A DNA stretch of 63,691 nucleotides, counting the filler, from Reclinomonas americana ATCC 50394 (Eukaryota): NCBI GenBank assembly GCA_048213135.1. It is 7 parts of 5 records of this genome, joined end to end, with 100 filler letters (N's around TTAATTAATTAA, not from the genome) between each part and the next. Parts side by side here need not be neighbours in the genome. Positions count along the whole stretch, not along the records: positions 33,806 to 41,731 come from PS015531.1; positions 41,832 to 52,007 come from PS015532.1; 5 more parts are not named here. One strand, written 5' to 3'. The notes below the pieces were generated by a model. The model had not been told where the DNA came from. It made no database searches and worked only from the letters and a program-made list of their open reading frames with translations. The translations under genes and the position numbers were made by a program. Of the stretch, positions 37,650 to 49,900 are shown piece by piece. Numbering within the stretch: the stretch's first letter is position 1; each line of letters begins with the position of its first letter.

Positions 37650-40600
37650 TTAGGAGATGGAGTGTGGGGTGACACGGGATCGTGTCAGCAAACCTTCGCT
37701 TCCGCCACCAAAAAGATCGTCGTCGGCTGCTGCTGCTGCTGAGGCGGCTACTGTTGTGCTTGCTGCCGGCTTGGATGCGTCGTCGTCGTCGCCAGAGCCA
37801 AACAAATCGTCGTCTTCGTCCTCGGCATCGAGCACCTTGCGCCGCTTCACCGCCGGTGTGGATTCCTCCTCGCCCACATCCGACAGCCTGTCCTCGGTCT
37901 CGACCTCGTCGGCCTCGTCGCGTGGTCGCTTGCCGCGAATCTTGCGCTTACCAACCTTGTTCTTGCGCTTCTTCGGGCTGTCCGAGTCGCTGTCGCCTGA
38001 GTCCTCGGCCTCCTCACTCATCTCCTCGTCTCCTTCCTCCTCCTCGTCCTCCTCATCGCTGTTGCGTTGACGGTGAGAATGCAGGGAAATCGCTCGCCAT
38101 CCCACCCTCCCATCTACTCACCTGGCTGCTCGGCTCTTCTTCTTCTTCTTTTTCTTGTCGGCCGACTTGGCGGCCGCCTTCTTCTTCTTGCCCTTAGCCT
38201 TCTTGGAGCCGTGTCGCCAGTCAATCTGACCGTCGTCTTCCTCCTCTTCCTCTTCTTCCTCCTCCTCTTCGTCCACCTTGCGCTTGCGTGGCGCCTTCTT
38301 GCCACCACCACCGCCACCGGCCGAGCCTCGCGCTCGCGGAGCTCCACCTGCACTGCTCTTCTTCTTCTTCTTCTTGCCGCCGCCAGAGCCGTCGCTGTCG
38401 TCTGAGTTGGCAAGCAACATTAGACACGCGCGTCATTATCTCGCCCACACACACACACAATCGTCTCACTGACCCCCTCCACTCACCATCCTTGATGATG
38501 GTCGACTTCCACGTGCTCTGCACCTGGCGGAAGCGCTCTCGATCGGCTTCAGCTCGTCGTCGCATCTCCTCTTCGGCGGCAATCTGCCGCTGCTTTTCCT
38601 CTTCCTGCAGCGAATGATGAGTGCAAATCACAAAAATAGGTGAATAAAGACGCACAAACCTCACGGGCTCGCATCTGCTGCAGACGCGCTTCCAGCTCCT
38701 CGCGCTTGGAGTCTCGCTGCGCCTTGGCCTCCTCCTCCTGTCGACGCACCGAGTCCACCATTTTCTCCAACTTGCCGCGCCACTCGGCACATTCGTGCGA
38801 CTTGTTCTTCGCCAGCTGATGCAACGACGTGTGACGTTCGGTCCAGTACGCACCCACCACTGCGGCGTCACGACTCGGATTGTCCTTCAACTCCTCCGCC
38901 TTGCGTTCCACAAAGCGGAAGATGCTGCGCCCCACGGCCATTCACACCTATCAGAGATGCTGGCGACGCGGGAGCAAAGGGGAAAACCAAACGCAACTGG
39001 TGTGCCGAGGTCATAATGTCGCGGATCTTGATGACGGTTGCGGCGCTGGTGATGATCGAGCGCACCTTGTCCACACACATTTGCTCCTGGATCAGTGCAA
39101 TGTCGAACCACGTCTGCAGGTCCTCCGGTCGCAGGTGGGCGACCTTTTGCAGCGTCGACAGCGCCGTTTCCAGGTGACCGGCACAGTAGTGGGCGCGGGC
39201 CAAGTACTTCAAGATTTCCACGTCCGAGTTGTGCGATACCTTCAAGCATGTCTCGTACTGCAACAACAGATAAGTGGCAACCTGATGCGAGGAAAGGAGG
39301 GGGAATAGAGCAGTAGCGTACCAACTTGATGGCGTCGGCGTACCGCTTGTACGACACGTCAATGTGCGCCAGATTCAGCAGCACCTCGGGGATGATCTTG
39401 CCGCCCTCGCGCACCTGTGCGCGTGTCTCGTGTCAAAACAACAACACGCAAACAGCGCTATGGAGTACACTCTCCAGCAAACCTTCTGGAAGATCTCACG
39501 TGCGTCGTCCAGGAAGCCACCGTCGGCCAACAGCACACCGAGCGCATTGGCGGCGTACACATTGTCGGGATCCACAAGGAGCGCCCGATCAAAGAACTTG
39601 ACGGCGTGCGCACGGTATTTCTCGTGCTGCGGCACCGCATCCACCAAGTGATGAGCAACACACTCGCATCACGCAGCAACCGATGATTGTTGTCAGCTAC
39701 AGACCTTCTTCTTGAGCACATCGATGCACGAGTTCTCGTAAAAGATCTTGCCAAGCGACAGCAGGGCCATCATGTCGCGCTGGTTCATGCCGTTGAGAAT
39801 GTCCTCAAAGTGACCCTGCGCCAGGCTCCACTCTTCGCGCATCATGTGCAACTGGCCCTGCAGGGAGCGCACATCGGGGTTGTCCTTGGCAATGGCTGTG
39901 GATCATTGCAAGTCGTGAGTGGAACGACAGCGTGCTGCGGAGGAGGAAATACGACGCACATGCTGCTACAGAGAACCACCGACCAGCCATCCGGTGATTG
40001 CCCGTGTCGCGTGCCATGATGCCGAGCCGCAGGTATGCTGTGCCAGAGAAAAAAGAGTGAAAAGACCTGGCTACGGATAAAGCACATCGCGCATCTCACC
40101 GTCCAGGTAGCACGGGTGGCTCTTCAGCAGCTCCAGATACATCTCGCGCGCCTCGTCGGCGCGGTGCTTGTCCTCCATCAGTCGTGCCATATTGTAGCGA
40201 ATGGTGATCTGTGGTGCGCGAGAGCCAAACTGAGTCTCATGCTCCGTCAAATAACGCAGAGAGCTCCTCCACACACACAACTTCCATTTCCTTGAGGCGA
40301 TCCTGCGTGGCCGCTAGAGCATTGATGTCGGGAAGCGAAGCGAGAGCGGCGTCACTGGCCTCGTTGACGGTGTCGATGAGCTGCTTCACTTCATCAGCAG
40401 CACGCAGGGTCAACTGGAGAGCCGTCCGATGCGAGCGCTCTGCATGGTCCAACAGCGACATGCTCGAGTTGATGTGCTCATCGTCTACATCGCCCACATC
40501 GTGGTGCACAAACTGGAAGTGCTGCGCATCCGAATCGGAGCGCAGTGCTGGAATGGAATGACAGCAGGTGAGCCCTTCCACGACACAAACAAACATATCA

Positions 40601-41731
40601 AGAGAAGCGCAATCAGACCTAATGAGCGCTGCAGGCAGCCAATGTTGTTCCACACTTCGGGGGTCAAACCCAATTTCCGGTCTCGTGCAATACGCACGGC
40701 GCGTTCGTACGCTGAAGAGGTGTCACAGTCACAACCACAATCGGTCGCAGAATCATGCATCATCGACACAAACCAGCCAGTGCGGTCTTTGGCTTCACGC
40801 GCTCCAACAGTTGCCCCTGCATGACCCACCCGTCGAGGTCGTCGGTGACCACCGAGGTGAGCTTCTGCACCACCTGTAACGCCTCCGCCTCACGTCCGAG
40901 CTTCATGTACAGCGAGCCGAGAATCTGCAACAAGTAATAAGTTTCCCCCATGTTCACACACACACACACACTCGTTGTCGCCGTCTCCGGTACGGACCTT
41001 CAGCGTCTCGTAGTTGTTGGGATAGGCATCGAGCACCTTCTCAAACTGCTCCAACGCCTTGTTTTCGTCACCACGGTACAGGTAGATCTGACCGAGGCCA
41101 AAGAGCGCCAGTGAAAACGTGCTGGACTTGTCGACCGCCTGGCGATAGTGTACAAAGGCAGTGTCGAAATCGCTGTGCAAGTGCGCCACCTTGGCGAGAA
41201 TGAAGTGGCTCATGGCCTGCACCTCCACCACTCGGGTATTGTGCAGGGCGACTTCGGCGAGTTGCCGCGCCTGCACACAAACACGCATACTTAGCTCGCA
41301 GTCGCAACAACAATAAGAACCACACTGCACGCAAAACCTCTGCGACACGCCCGAGGAAGAACAAGTGGTCGGCCACGTAGTTGAGCACCACAGAATGATC
41401 GCCATTCAGCTGGTACGCCTCGCGAATCAAGTTCAGGGCGCGATCGAGCCGATCTGGCTTGTCGTCCTGCAGCTCGCACACCGCCAGGCCCACGCGCGCC
41501 TCCACACTCTGCTCGTCGAGGGCGAGCACTCGGTCAAAGCAGTCGCGTGCTCGATCCACACGCTTCTGGTGAAAGTAGCAGTAGCCGAGACCGAGACGAA
41601 CATTCGCGGGCACCGTCGGGTTCAGCCGCAACGCCTCCTTGTACATCTCAAACGCCTTGTCGTACTCGCCCTCGGTAAAGTGCACGAGAGCCTGGAGGAG
41701 GGAGATGAGGGGATGCGCAATGTGAGGAGGC
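37650..41731 (-). CDS. CTR9: PAF1 complex TPR subunit CTR9 (5' partial)
   Basis: TPR arrays; VRLGLGYCY, NNYETLKILGSLY, TIRYNMARLMED, YAANALGVLLA...AREIFQKVRE, VLLNLAHI; acidic/basic low-complexity tail. Confidence 0.9.
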
Positions 41732-41830
41732 NNNNNNNNNNNNNNNNNNNNNNNNNNNNNNNNNNNNNNNNNNNNTTAATTAATTAANNNNNNNNNNNNN
41801 NNNNNNNNNNNNNNNNNNNNNNNNNNNNNN

Positions 41831-43700
41831 NAACTCATCAGCGTGGATGTCCACCTTTTGACCGTCGAGTGTCACAGTGACTGCGCGTGCATCGCGCGCG
41901 GACGAGGAGGCTAATGAAGAGGAGGCAGCAGCCGCAGCAGTGGAGGAGGAGGAAGAGGAAGACAAGGAGGAGGTGCCGATGCGAGAGCCCGAGGAGTGCC
42001 GCATGCTCGAGGCCGACCCCAGGCGATCATAGGAGAAGAGGTCGGCGTCCACCTCCATCTCGAAAATCTCAATACGATTGACTTCACGTGACAACGACGG
42101 AAGACAACTCGTCGCTGGGGAACTTCACACTGTGCTTGTGTGCAGCACTGCATATGTTCATAATACAATCTCAATCGTGCGATTGGTGAAGAGGACGGCG
42201 CTAAAGATCTTCTTGGCGGCTGGTCCGATCGCGGGGTTGCCTGCAAGTGCGCGCGAAGGTAGGTGGAAGGAAGAGATGGCTTGCTTGCGTGCTACGTGCG
42301 CCGTGTACGAACCACTGATGTCGAGGTGGCGCAGTGAATCGGTAGCTTGCATGAGGAAGCTGGCGCAGCCAAGGGCGCCGGGTCGGCCAATCCCGTTGGC
42401 TGTGTGGCGATCGGGTGAGCTTTTCTCTCTCGCGGTGTCTAGATCTTCGAGAACACACGCCCTGCTTACCTGCGACACTGAGAGAGCGCAAGCCGCATGC
42501 TGGCGACGCGGCCACCTCGACCATCGACTGCACACCATCGTCGCCAATGGCGTTGTGACTGAGATTGAGTCGGTGGAGAGTGGAGTTGTGGGCCAGCGCG
42601 TGGGAGAGCGTGACGGCCGATCTGGTGGACATGCGAGTTACTGTGGACAGCAGGGGAGTGAGGGAACGGAGTCGGCGAGGAACAGCACGAGGCAAACAAA
42701 AGTACATGTCAAATCGAGCGTCTCGAGCGTGCGGTTGTGGCGCAGCGCTTCTGCCAGCAGCGTGACGCCGTCGTCGGCGAGTGGATTTCGACCACAGTCG
42801 AGGTAGCGCAGCGGTGTCGACGCGAGAAGCACGGTGGACAGCGCCCGTGCACCCGTGCTGGTAATGGAGTTGACTGGCGGGGGGTGGCGGAGGAGTGAGC
42901 GATCACATCACAATCAGAGAGACGCGGCAGAGGGTACAGCCACACACACGAAACAATTGAGGCTGAGCGACGTGAGCGTGCTGTTCACCGACAGCGCCGC
43001 GCCCAACACCTCCATGCCCGCGTCGGCGATCTCATTGCCGGCCAAACTCAGCATGCGAATGCCACCGCCACCGTCACCTCCAACAACATCGTCACTCATC
43101 ATCTCCACATCCTCCTGTTCACGCACCAACCACAGCGCCACGATCGCCGAGCCACCGTCTCCCAGTCCATTCTGACTGAGATTGAGGGACTCGAGCGAGC
43201 GACTGGCCCGCACTCCCTCCAGCAGCAACGTGTTCAAGTGCTCTCCATTCTGCCGCATCAGCGCACTCTTGCCAATGTCCAACGAGCGCAGTCGACAGTT
43301 CCCATCGCGCAGCGCATCCCCCAACAATCGCGACGTGTCGCGCGGTGGCACCCCCGCACCCGCCATACTCAGCCCGCGCACTGCACTCTTGCCCGACCGC
43401 ACCGCTGCCGCCAAGAAACGCAGTCCATCCGCACCCATGGCATTGCGCGACACGTCGACACTGGTCACCTCCGACAGCTCCGCCTTCAACGCCGTGGCCA
43501 GCCGGTGCACGCCAGTGGCAGTGAGCGCATTGTCGGCGAGATTCAGTGTACGCAGAGCACACGGCATCTGCATCAGTGTCGCCAGCTCGGCATCACAGAG
43601 TCGCGACGAGTGCGCGTCGACACGTCGCACTCCTGGAAAGAGCTGACACAGACGGCCCAACTCGCCACGATGTCGCGCTGTGCTCACCTGTACATTGCTC
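41831..43700 (-). CDS. Ribonuclease-inhibitor-like LRR protein (NLRC3/CARMIL-type repeats)
   Basis: 28-aa repeats such as LESLNLSQNGLGDGG, LSLAGNEIADAG, LAEALRHNRTLETLDL, LHRLNLSHNAIGDDG; ends uncertain. Confidence 0.8.
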
Positions 43701-44220
43701 AGTGCCGCCTCTGCGTGAAAGTGCCAGTCAGCTGTGTGGTGACAGAGAAGGAGGGAGAGAGGGAGGGAGGGCGCACCAAAGGCCGAGCACCACTCGCGAC
43801 TGACTCGCCATTGTGCGACAAAGTCGGAGCACTCGAGAAACGCTGGCGATCAGAGGAGACCGTGGGTACGAGAGCAACACTTACTTTGTGACAAAAAGGA
43901 CGCACGCACAGAAGATGAGCGACCACGCGCTTGTCTCAAATGCCGACATACGAAACGCAACGACGTCGTCCGTCCTGCAATCTTGACATGTTGGTGTTCA
44001 TGCATCGCGGTGGCGAACAGTAGGAAACGTACGCGCGTGTCTGCACCGATCGGCAGCTGCGAGAACGCAGTCTTTTGGCGATAACAACGAACGTCGATGT
44101 CCTGTTGAAGTCTCCTCAATCGATCGATCGCCTCTCGCGCGCGCCCCCCGCTCTCCCACCGATCTCCTCTGCAGACGTTCCCCTCTCCTCCTCCTCCCTC
44201 TTCTCCTCCGTCGATATAAC

Positions 44221-45039
44221 ATGAGGCATCGTGGCTTTATATCACTATCGCTCGAACTGCTGCTGCTGTCGTTGTTGGTGGCGTTGACCGCGCCCGCAGT
44301 GATGGCCTCGCGCGCTGTTGATCAAGGTAAACGCTGCTGTACTTTACGTGTGTGTGTTATGTGTGTGTTTGTGCGAGATGGCAGGCGGTTGCTCAACCGT
44401 GTCTCACGCAGATTCCTCGAGCATCTCTCGCTCCCCGGCGATGCGCCTGCTGGCCTCCTCTGCTGCCTCTTGTTGCGTTTACTTAATCCCCCCTTCTCCA
44501 TGCTGCACACGCGTGGCGGTACTGATGCACTCACACGCGTGCAAACCACACAGCCATGACAATGCCTTCCAATGCCACTGTGGCGACGGCACCACACACG
44601 CACATTACCGCAAAGGTGCGTGTTGAGAGAGTCGATTGAGTGTGTATGTGTGGGGGTCATCGCAGCGGAAGATTTAATTCGCTCAATGACATGGCTGCCA
44701 TCTGCTGCACAGGCGACGACGGAGCCCGAGGGCACGCTTGTGACGCCCATGCCGGCCATCATCGCCTTTGGATCGGCGCTGGCGAGTGAGGAATCGACGG
44801 GATTGGGCCTGTTGGCGAAACGCGACGGATCGCATGTGCCGTCGCTGAGTGCGGCCGATCAGTTCTCGTGGGCGTCGTCGAGCGCGTCGGGCGCGCTCGC
44901 CACCGATTCCTTGTGCGGGTTTGGTGGGCGCCAGTCGTATCTTTGTTGTGCCACGCGCTTGGCAGTCGGTATCTCTGGTTTCCATCCGGCTGCCGGCGCC
45001 GGCTGGCGAGGTTGGGGCCGAAGCGTCGGCGGTGCTTGA
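44221..45039 (+). CDS. Hypothetical secreted protein
   Basis: Signal-peptide-like MRHRGFISLSLELLLLSLLVALTAPAVMA followed by short plausible exons; no family recognised. Confidence 0.4.
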
Positions 45040-46925
45040 ACGAAGTACCCCTCTAGGTTGGTGGTGTCTCCCCCCAGCTGCTGCGACAATCGTACTGCAG
45101 AGNNNNNNNNNNNNNNNNNNNNNNNNNNNNNNNNNNNNNNNNNNNNNNNNNNNNNNNNNNNNNNNNNNNNNNNNNNNNNNNNNNNNNNNNNNNNNNNNNN
45201 NNNNNNNNNNNNNNNNNNNNNNNNNNNNNNNNNNNNNNNNNNNNNNNNNNNNNNNNNNNNNNNNNNNNNNNNNNNNNNNNNNNNNNNNNNNNNNNNNNNN
45301 NNNNNNNNNNNNNNNNNNNNNNNNNNNNNNNNNNNNNNNNNNNNNNNNNNNNNNNNNNNNNNNNNNNNNNNNNNNNNNNNNNNNNNNNNNNNNNNNNNNN
45401 NNNNNNNNNNNNNNNNNNNNNNNNNNNNNNNNNNNNNNNNNNNNNNNNNNNNNNNNNNNNNNNNNNNNNNNNNNNNNNNNNNNNNNNNNNNNNNNNNNNN
45501 NNNNNNNNNNNNNNNNNNNNNNNNNNNNNNCTCACTCTTGACAATGCAGAGCGTTTGTTTAGTATGGACGGGCCACCGCGTGCGTTGCTTGTCGGTATTG
45601 TGCGACAGTGCCCGGCTCGTGCGCGTCCACCAGTCAAAACACTGATGTTGGCCCACTTCTTTGTGATCTTGGTGGTGTGCGTGCACGATTTTGAGGGCGA
45701 CGACACGGACGCGGTTGACGACCACGAAGATGTGGCGTCGGAGGTCGCCGTGTTGGCGCACTGATAATAATGCGTGATGCCTCTCTCTCTCTCTTTGTCT
45801 CTCTCCCTCTTCTCTCCTGTTGCTGTCGTGGTGGTGGTACGAATGTGAAATAGTTGGATCTCTTGCGGCACCCTTGCGATCGCATCGCTCCTTTTTACTC
45901 CCTTGGTGATTGCAGGCCCCGCTGCAGATACCGCGCTCGCGATATCCAGCTCGCGTCGTGGTGTCCAGGTTTGAAGTACTGGTGCTTGCAGAAACTGGTG
46001 TGCAAGGCTGGTGGTCGACAGGTGCGAGTGGGTCACACACGAGCCACATTTCCGACGAGAGAGTGAGAGAGGAGAGAGAGAGAGGGGTCGTTTTCCCTGT
46101 TTCTGTTTCTTGTACATCGAGCAGTGCATGTACGCAGTGCGCGTTATGGACCGCGTGAGGACCCCACGGGAACGTGGTCGGTCAGCAACCCCGTATTTTC
46201 TCGAGTGTGTGGTGTTGGCGCGAAACAATCTCCACATTTCCGTGCACACGAAATTCGAATATCGGAAATCGCATGTCGGCACGCAGCGTGCACTCTGCGC
46301 GTGAGGAGCATCGCCACACTCTTTGTCGCGGCACGGACTGCTGGTGGGGAGCGTGTGCTCAGGTGTGTGNNNNNNNNNNNNNNNNNNNNNNNNNNNNNNN
46401 NNNNNNNNNNNNNNNNNNNNNNNNNNNNNNNNNNNNNNNNNNNNNNNNNNNNNNNNNNNNNNNNNNNNNNNNNNNNNNNNNNNNNNNNNNNNNNNNNNNN
46501 NNNNNNNNNNNNNNNNNNNNNNNNNNNNNNNNNNNNNNNNNNNNNNNNNNNNNNNNNNNNNNNNNNNNNNNNNNNNNNNNNNNNNNNNNNNNNNNNNNNN
46601 NNNNNNNNNNNNNNNNNNNNNNNNNNNNNNNNNNNNNNNNNNNNNNNNNNNNNNNNNNNNNNNNNNNNNNNNNNNNNNNNNNNNNNNNNNNNNNNNNNNN
46701 NNNNNNNNNNNNNNNNNNNNNNNNNNNNNNNNNNNNNNNNNNNNNNNNNNNNNNNNNNNNNNNNNNNNNNNNNNNNNNNNNNNNNNNNNNNNNNNNNNNN
46801 NNNNNNNNNNNNNNNNNNNNNNNNNNNNNNNNNNNNNNNNNNNNNNNNNNNNNNNNNNNNNNNNNNNNNNNNNNNNNNNNNNNNNNNNNNNNNNNNNNNN
46901 NNNNNNNNNNNNNNNNNNNNNNNNN

Positions 46926-49900
46926 CGTGTGTCTCGACAGGATCATATGTCCTCTTTCGTGCGCTAATTTTTTGTGTTCAGTGGCTGCTCGACCGTGCCG
47001 CCGGCACAGACGCAGCCGCAGCCGCAGAACCCATGCGATGCCTGCCACATGGTGCGTCATGTTGGGCGCCATTTAGTGTGAGGCGTTTGTTTGCTCATTC
47101 TGACCGAGGTGTGTGTGCTTGTTGCAGAACTGCAACCAGAGCCCAAGCCCCACCGCATGCCACGACGCCTGCCAGGCCACTGGTGGCCCGTGCTTGAACA
47201 CCACGTACCAGCAGCCACCGCCACAGAACCCGTGCGATGCATGCCACAACTCGTGTGTTGGCGTGAACAACACTTCCGCGTGCCACAACGCCTGCCAGGT
47301 TGCCGGTGGCCCGTGCTGGAACAGCGCGAACCCGCAGCCTCAGCCACAGCCGCAGAACCCGTGCGATGCGTGCCACATGGTGCGTCTTACAGTCAACCAT
47401 GCAAATTGTTTGCAGACTCTGACTGTCGTGTGTGCTTCACAGAACTGCAACCAGAGCCCGAATCCGGCTTCATGCAACGACTCATGCCAGGCCGCTGGTG
47501 GCCCGTGCTGGAATGGCGCGTACCAACAGCCGCAGCCGCAGCCGCAGAACCCTTGCGATGCGTGCCACATTGTGCGTCGTGCAGCCGTTGGTGTGAACGT
47601 TTTTACAGGCTCTGACTGTCGTGTGTGCTTCACAGAACTGCAACCAGAGCACGAACCCGGCTTCATGCAACGCCGCATGCCAGGCGACGGGTGGCCCGTG
47701 CTGGAACGGAAACGCTCAGCCGCCGAACACCAGCGGTGGCAACAACAACCGTGACTTCTGCATGGAGCAGCTTCACCAGTGCGGCATCATGGCCCGCAAC
47801 TGGTGCGTAGTCATTCGTTTATTTTGTTGCTTCATTGACTTACTTGATTTTTTTGCCTTGTTTTGCAGCTCGATCCAGAACTGCAACGGCCAGTGGTCGT
47901 GCGCTGTGTGCACCCCGCAGATTGATGCTTGCATTAACAACATTGGCTCGTTCCCTCAGGTTAGTGTTCAAGTACACACAAGGATTGTACGTTTTGATTC
48001 TCACGACGTACGTTTGTGCAGTGCCAGGGCCCGTGCTTCAACCTGTATGCCGGTTGCGGCCACCAGGCTGTCGACTGCGTTCTTGCTGTGTGCCCGTTGT
48101 CGCTGTTTGAGGCCGACGTGTGCCAGCAGTGCAAGGATCAGTTGAGCCCGTGCTTCGCCCAGGCCGACGCCTGCACCCAAGCCAACCAGCCGAACCAGCC
48201 GTACTATCCCCCGGCTACTGGCACTGCGCCGCCGCCGAACCAGCCGTACTACCCTCCGGCTACTGGCACTGCGCCGCCGCCGAANNNNNNNNNNNNNNNN
48301 NNNNNNNNNNNNNNNNNNNNNNNNNNNNNNNNNNNNNNNNNNNNNNNNNNNNNNNNNNNNNNNNNNNNNNNNNNNNNNNNNNNNNNNNNNNNNNNNNNNN
48401 NNNNNNNNNNNNNNNNNNNNNNNNNNNNNNNNNNNNNNNNNNNNNNNNNNNNNNNNNNNNNNNNNNNNNNNNNNNNNNNNNNNNNNNNNNNNNNNNNNNN
48501 NNNNNNNNNNNNNNNNNNNNNNNNNNNNNNNNNNNNNNNNNNNNNNNNNNNNNNNNNNNNNNNNNNNNNNNNNNNNNNNNNNNNNNNNNNNNNNNNNNNN
48601 NNNNNNNNNNNNNNNNNNNNNNNNNNNNNNNNNNNNNNNNNNNNNNNNNNNNNNNNNNNNNNNNNNNNNNNNNNNNNNNNNNNNNNNNNNNNNNNNNNNN
48701 NNNNNNNNNNNNNNNNNNNNNNNNNNNNNNNNNNNNNNNNNNNNNNNNNNNNNNNNNNNNNNNNNNNNNNNNNNNNNNNNNNNNNNNNNNNNNNNNNNNN
48801 NNNNNNNNNNNNNNNNNNNNNNNNNNNNNNNNNNNNNNNNNNNNNNNNNNNNNNNNNNNNNNNNNNNNNNNNNNNNNNNNNNNNNNNNNNNNNNNNNNNN
48901 NNNNNNNNNNNNNNNNNNNNNNNNNNNNNNNNNNNNNNNNNNNNNNNNNNNNNNNNNNNNNNNNNNNNNNNNNCTACTGGCACTGCGCCGCCGCCGAACC
49001 AGCCGTACTACCCTCCGGCTACTGGCACTGCGCCGCCGCCGAACCAGCCGTACTACCCTCCGGCTACTGGCACTGCGCCGCCGCCGAACCAGCCGTACTA
49101 TCCTCCGGCTACTGGCACCGCGCCGCCGCCGAACCAGCCGTACAACAACAACAACAACAACAGCAACCGCGACTTCTGCATGGAGCAACTCCACCAGTGC
49201 GGCAACATGGGTCGCGACTGGTGCGTGGACTGTCGTCGTAGTCACTTGGTTCTTTTGTTGCTTCGTTGACTGACTTGTTTTTTGCTTGGTATTGCAGCTC
49301 GATCCAGAACTGCAACGGTCAGTGGCCGTGCGCCGTGTGCACCCCGCAGATTGATGCCTGCATCAACAACATCAGCTCGTTCCCTCAGGTTTGTTCACAA
49401 GCAAACCAACAAAGTGTGAGAATTTTAATTGTTTTTTGGTCTCTCGATTCTGACGACGTACGTTTGTGCAGTGCCAGGGCCCGTGCTTCAACCAGTATGC
49501 CGGTTGCGGCCACCAGGCTGTCGACTGCGTTCTTGCTGTGTGCCCGTTGTCGCTGTCTGAGGCCGACGTGTGCCAGCAGTGCAAGGATCAGTTGAGCCCG
49601 TGCTTCGCCCAGGCCGACGCTTGCACCCAAGCCAACCAGCCGAACCAGCCGTACACTGCGCCGCCGCCGAACCAGCCGTACTACCCTCCGACTGCTGGCA
49701 CTGCGCCGCCACCGAACCAGCCGTACTACCCTCCGGNNNNNNNNNNNNNNNNNNNNNNNNNNNNNNNNNNNNNNNNNNNNNNNNNNNNNNNNNNNNNNNN
49801 NNNNNNNNNNNNNNNNNNNNNNNNNNNNNNNNNNNNNNNNNNNNNNNNNNNNNNNNNNNNNNNNNNNNNNNNNNNNNNNNNNNNNNNNNNNNNNNNNNNN

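Noticed and set aside
45531..46369. Possible gene fragment between two gaps
   Set aside because: Several frames are open on both strands but none is recognisable, and the strand cannot be determined.
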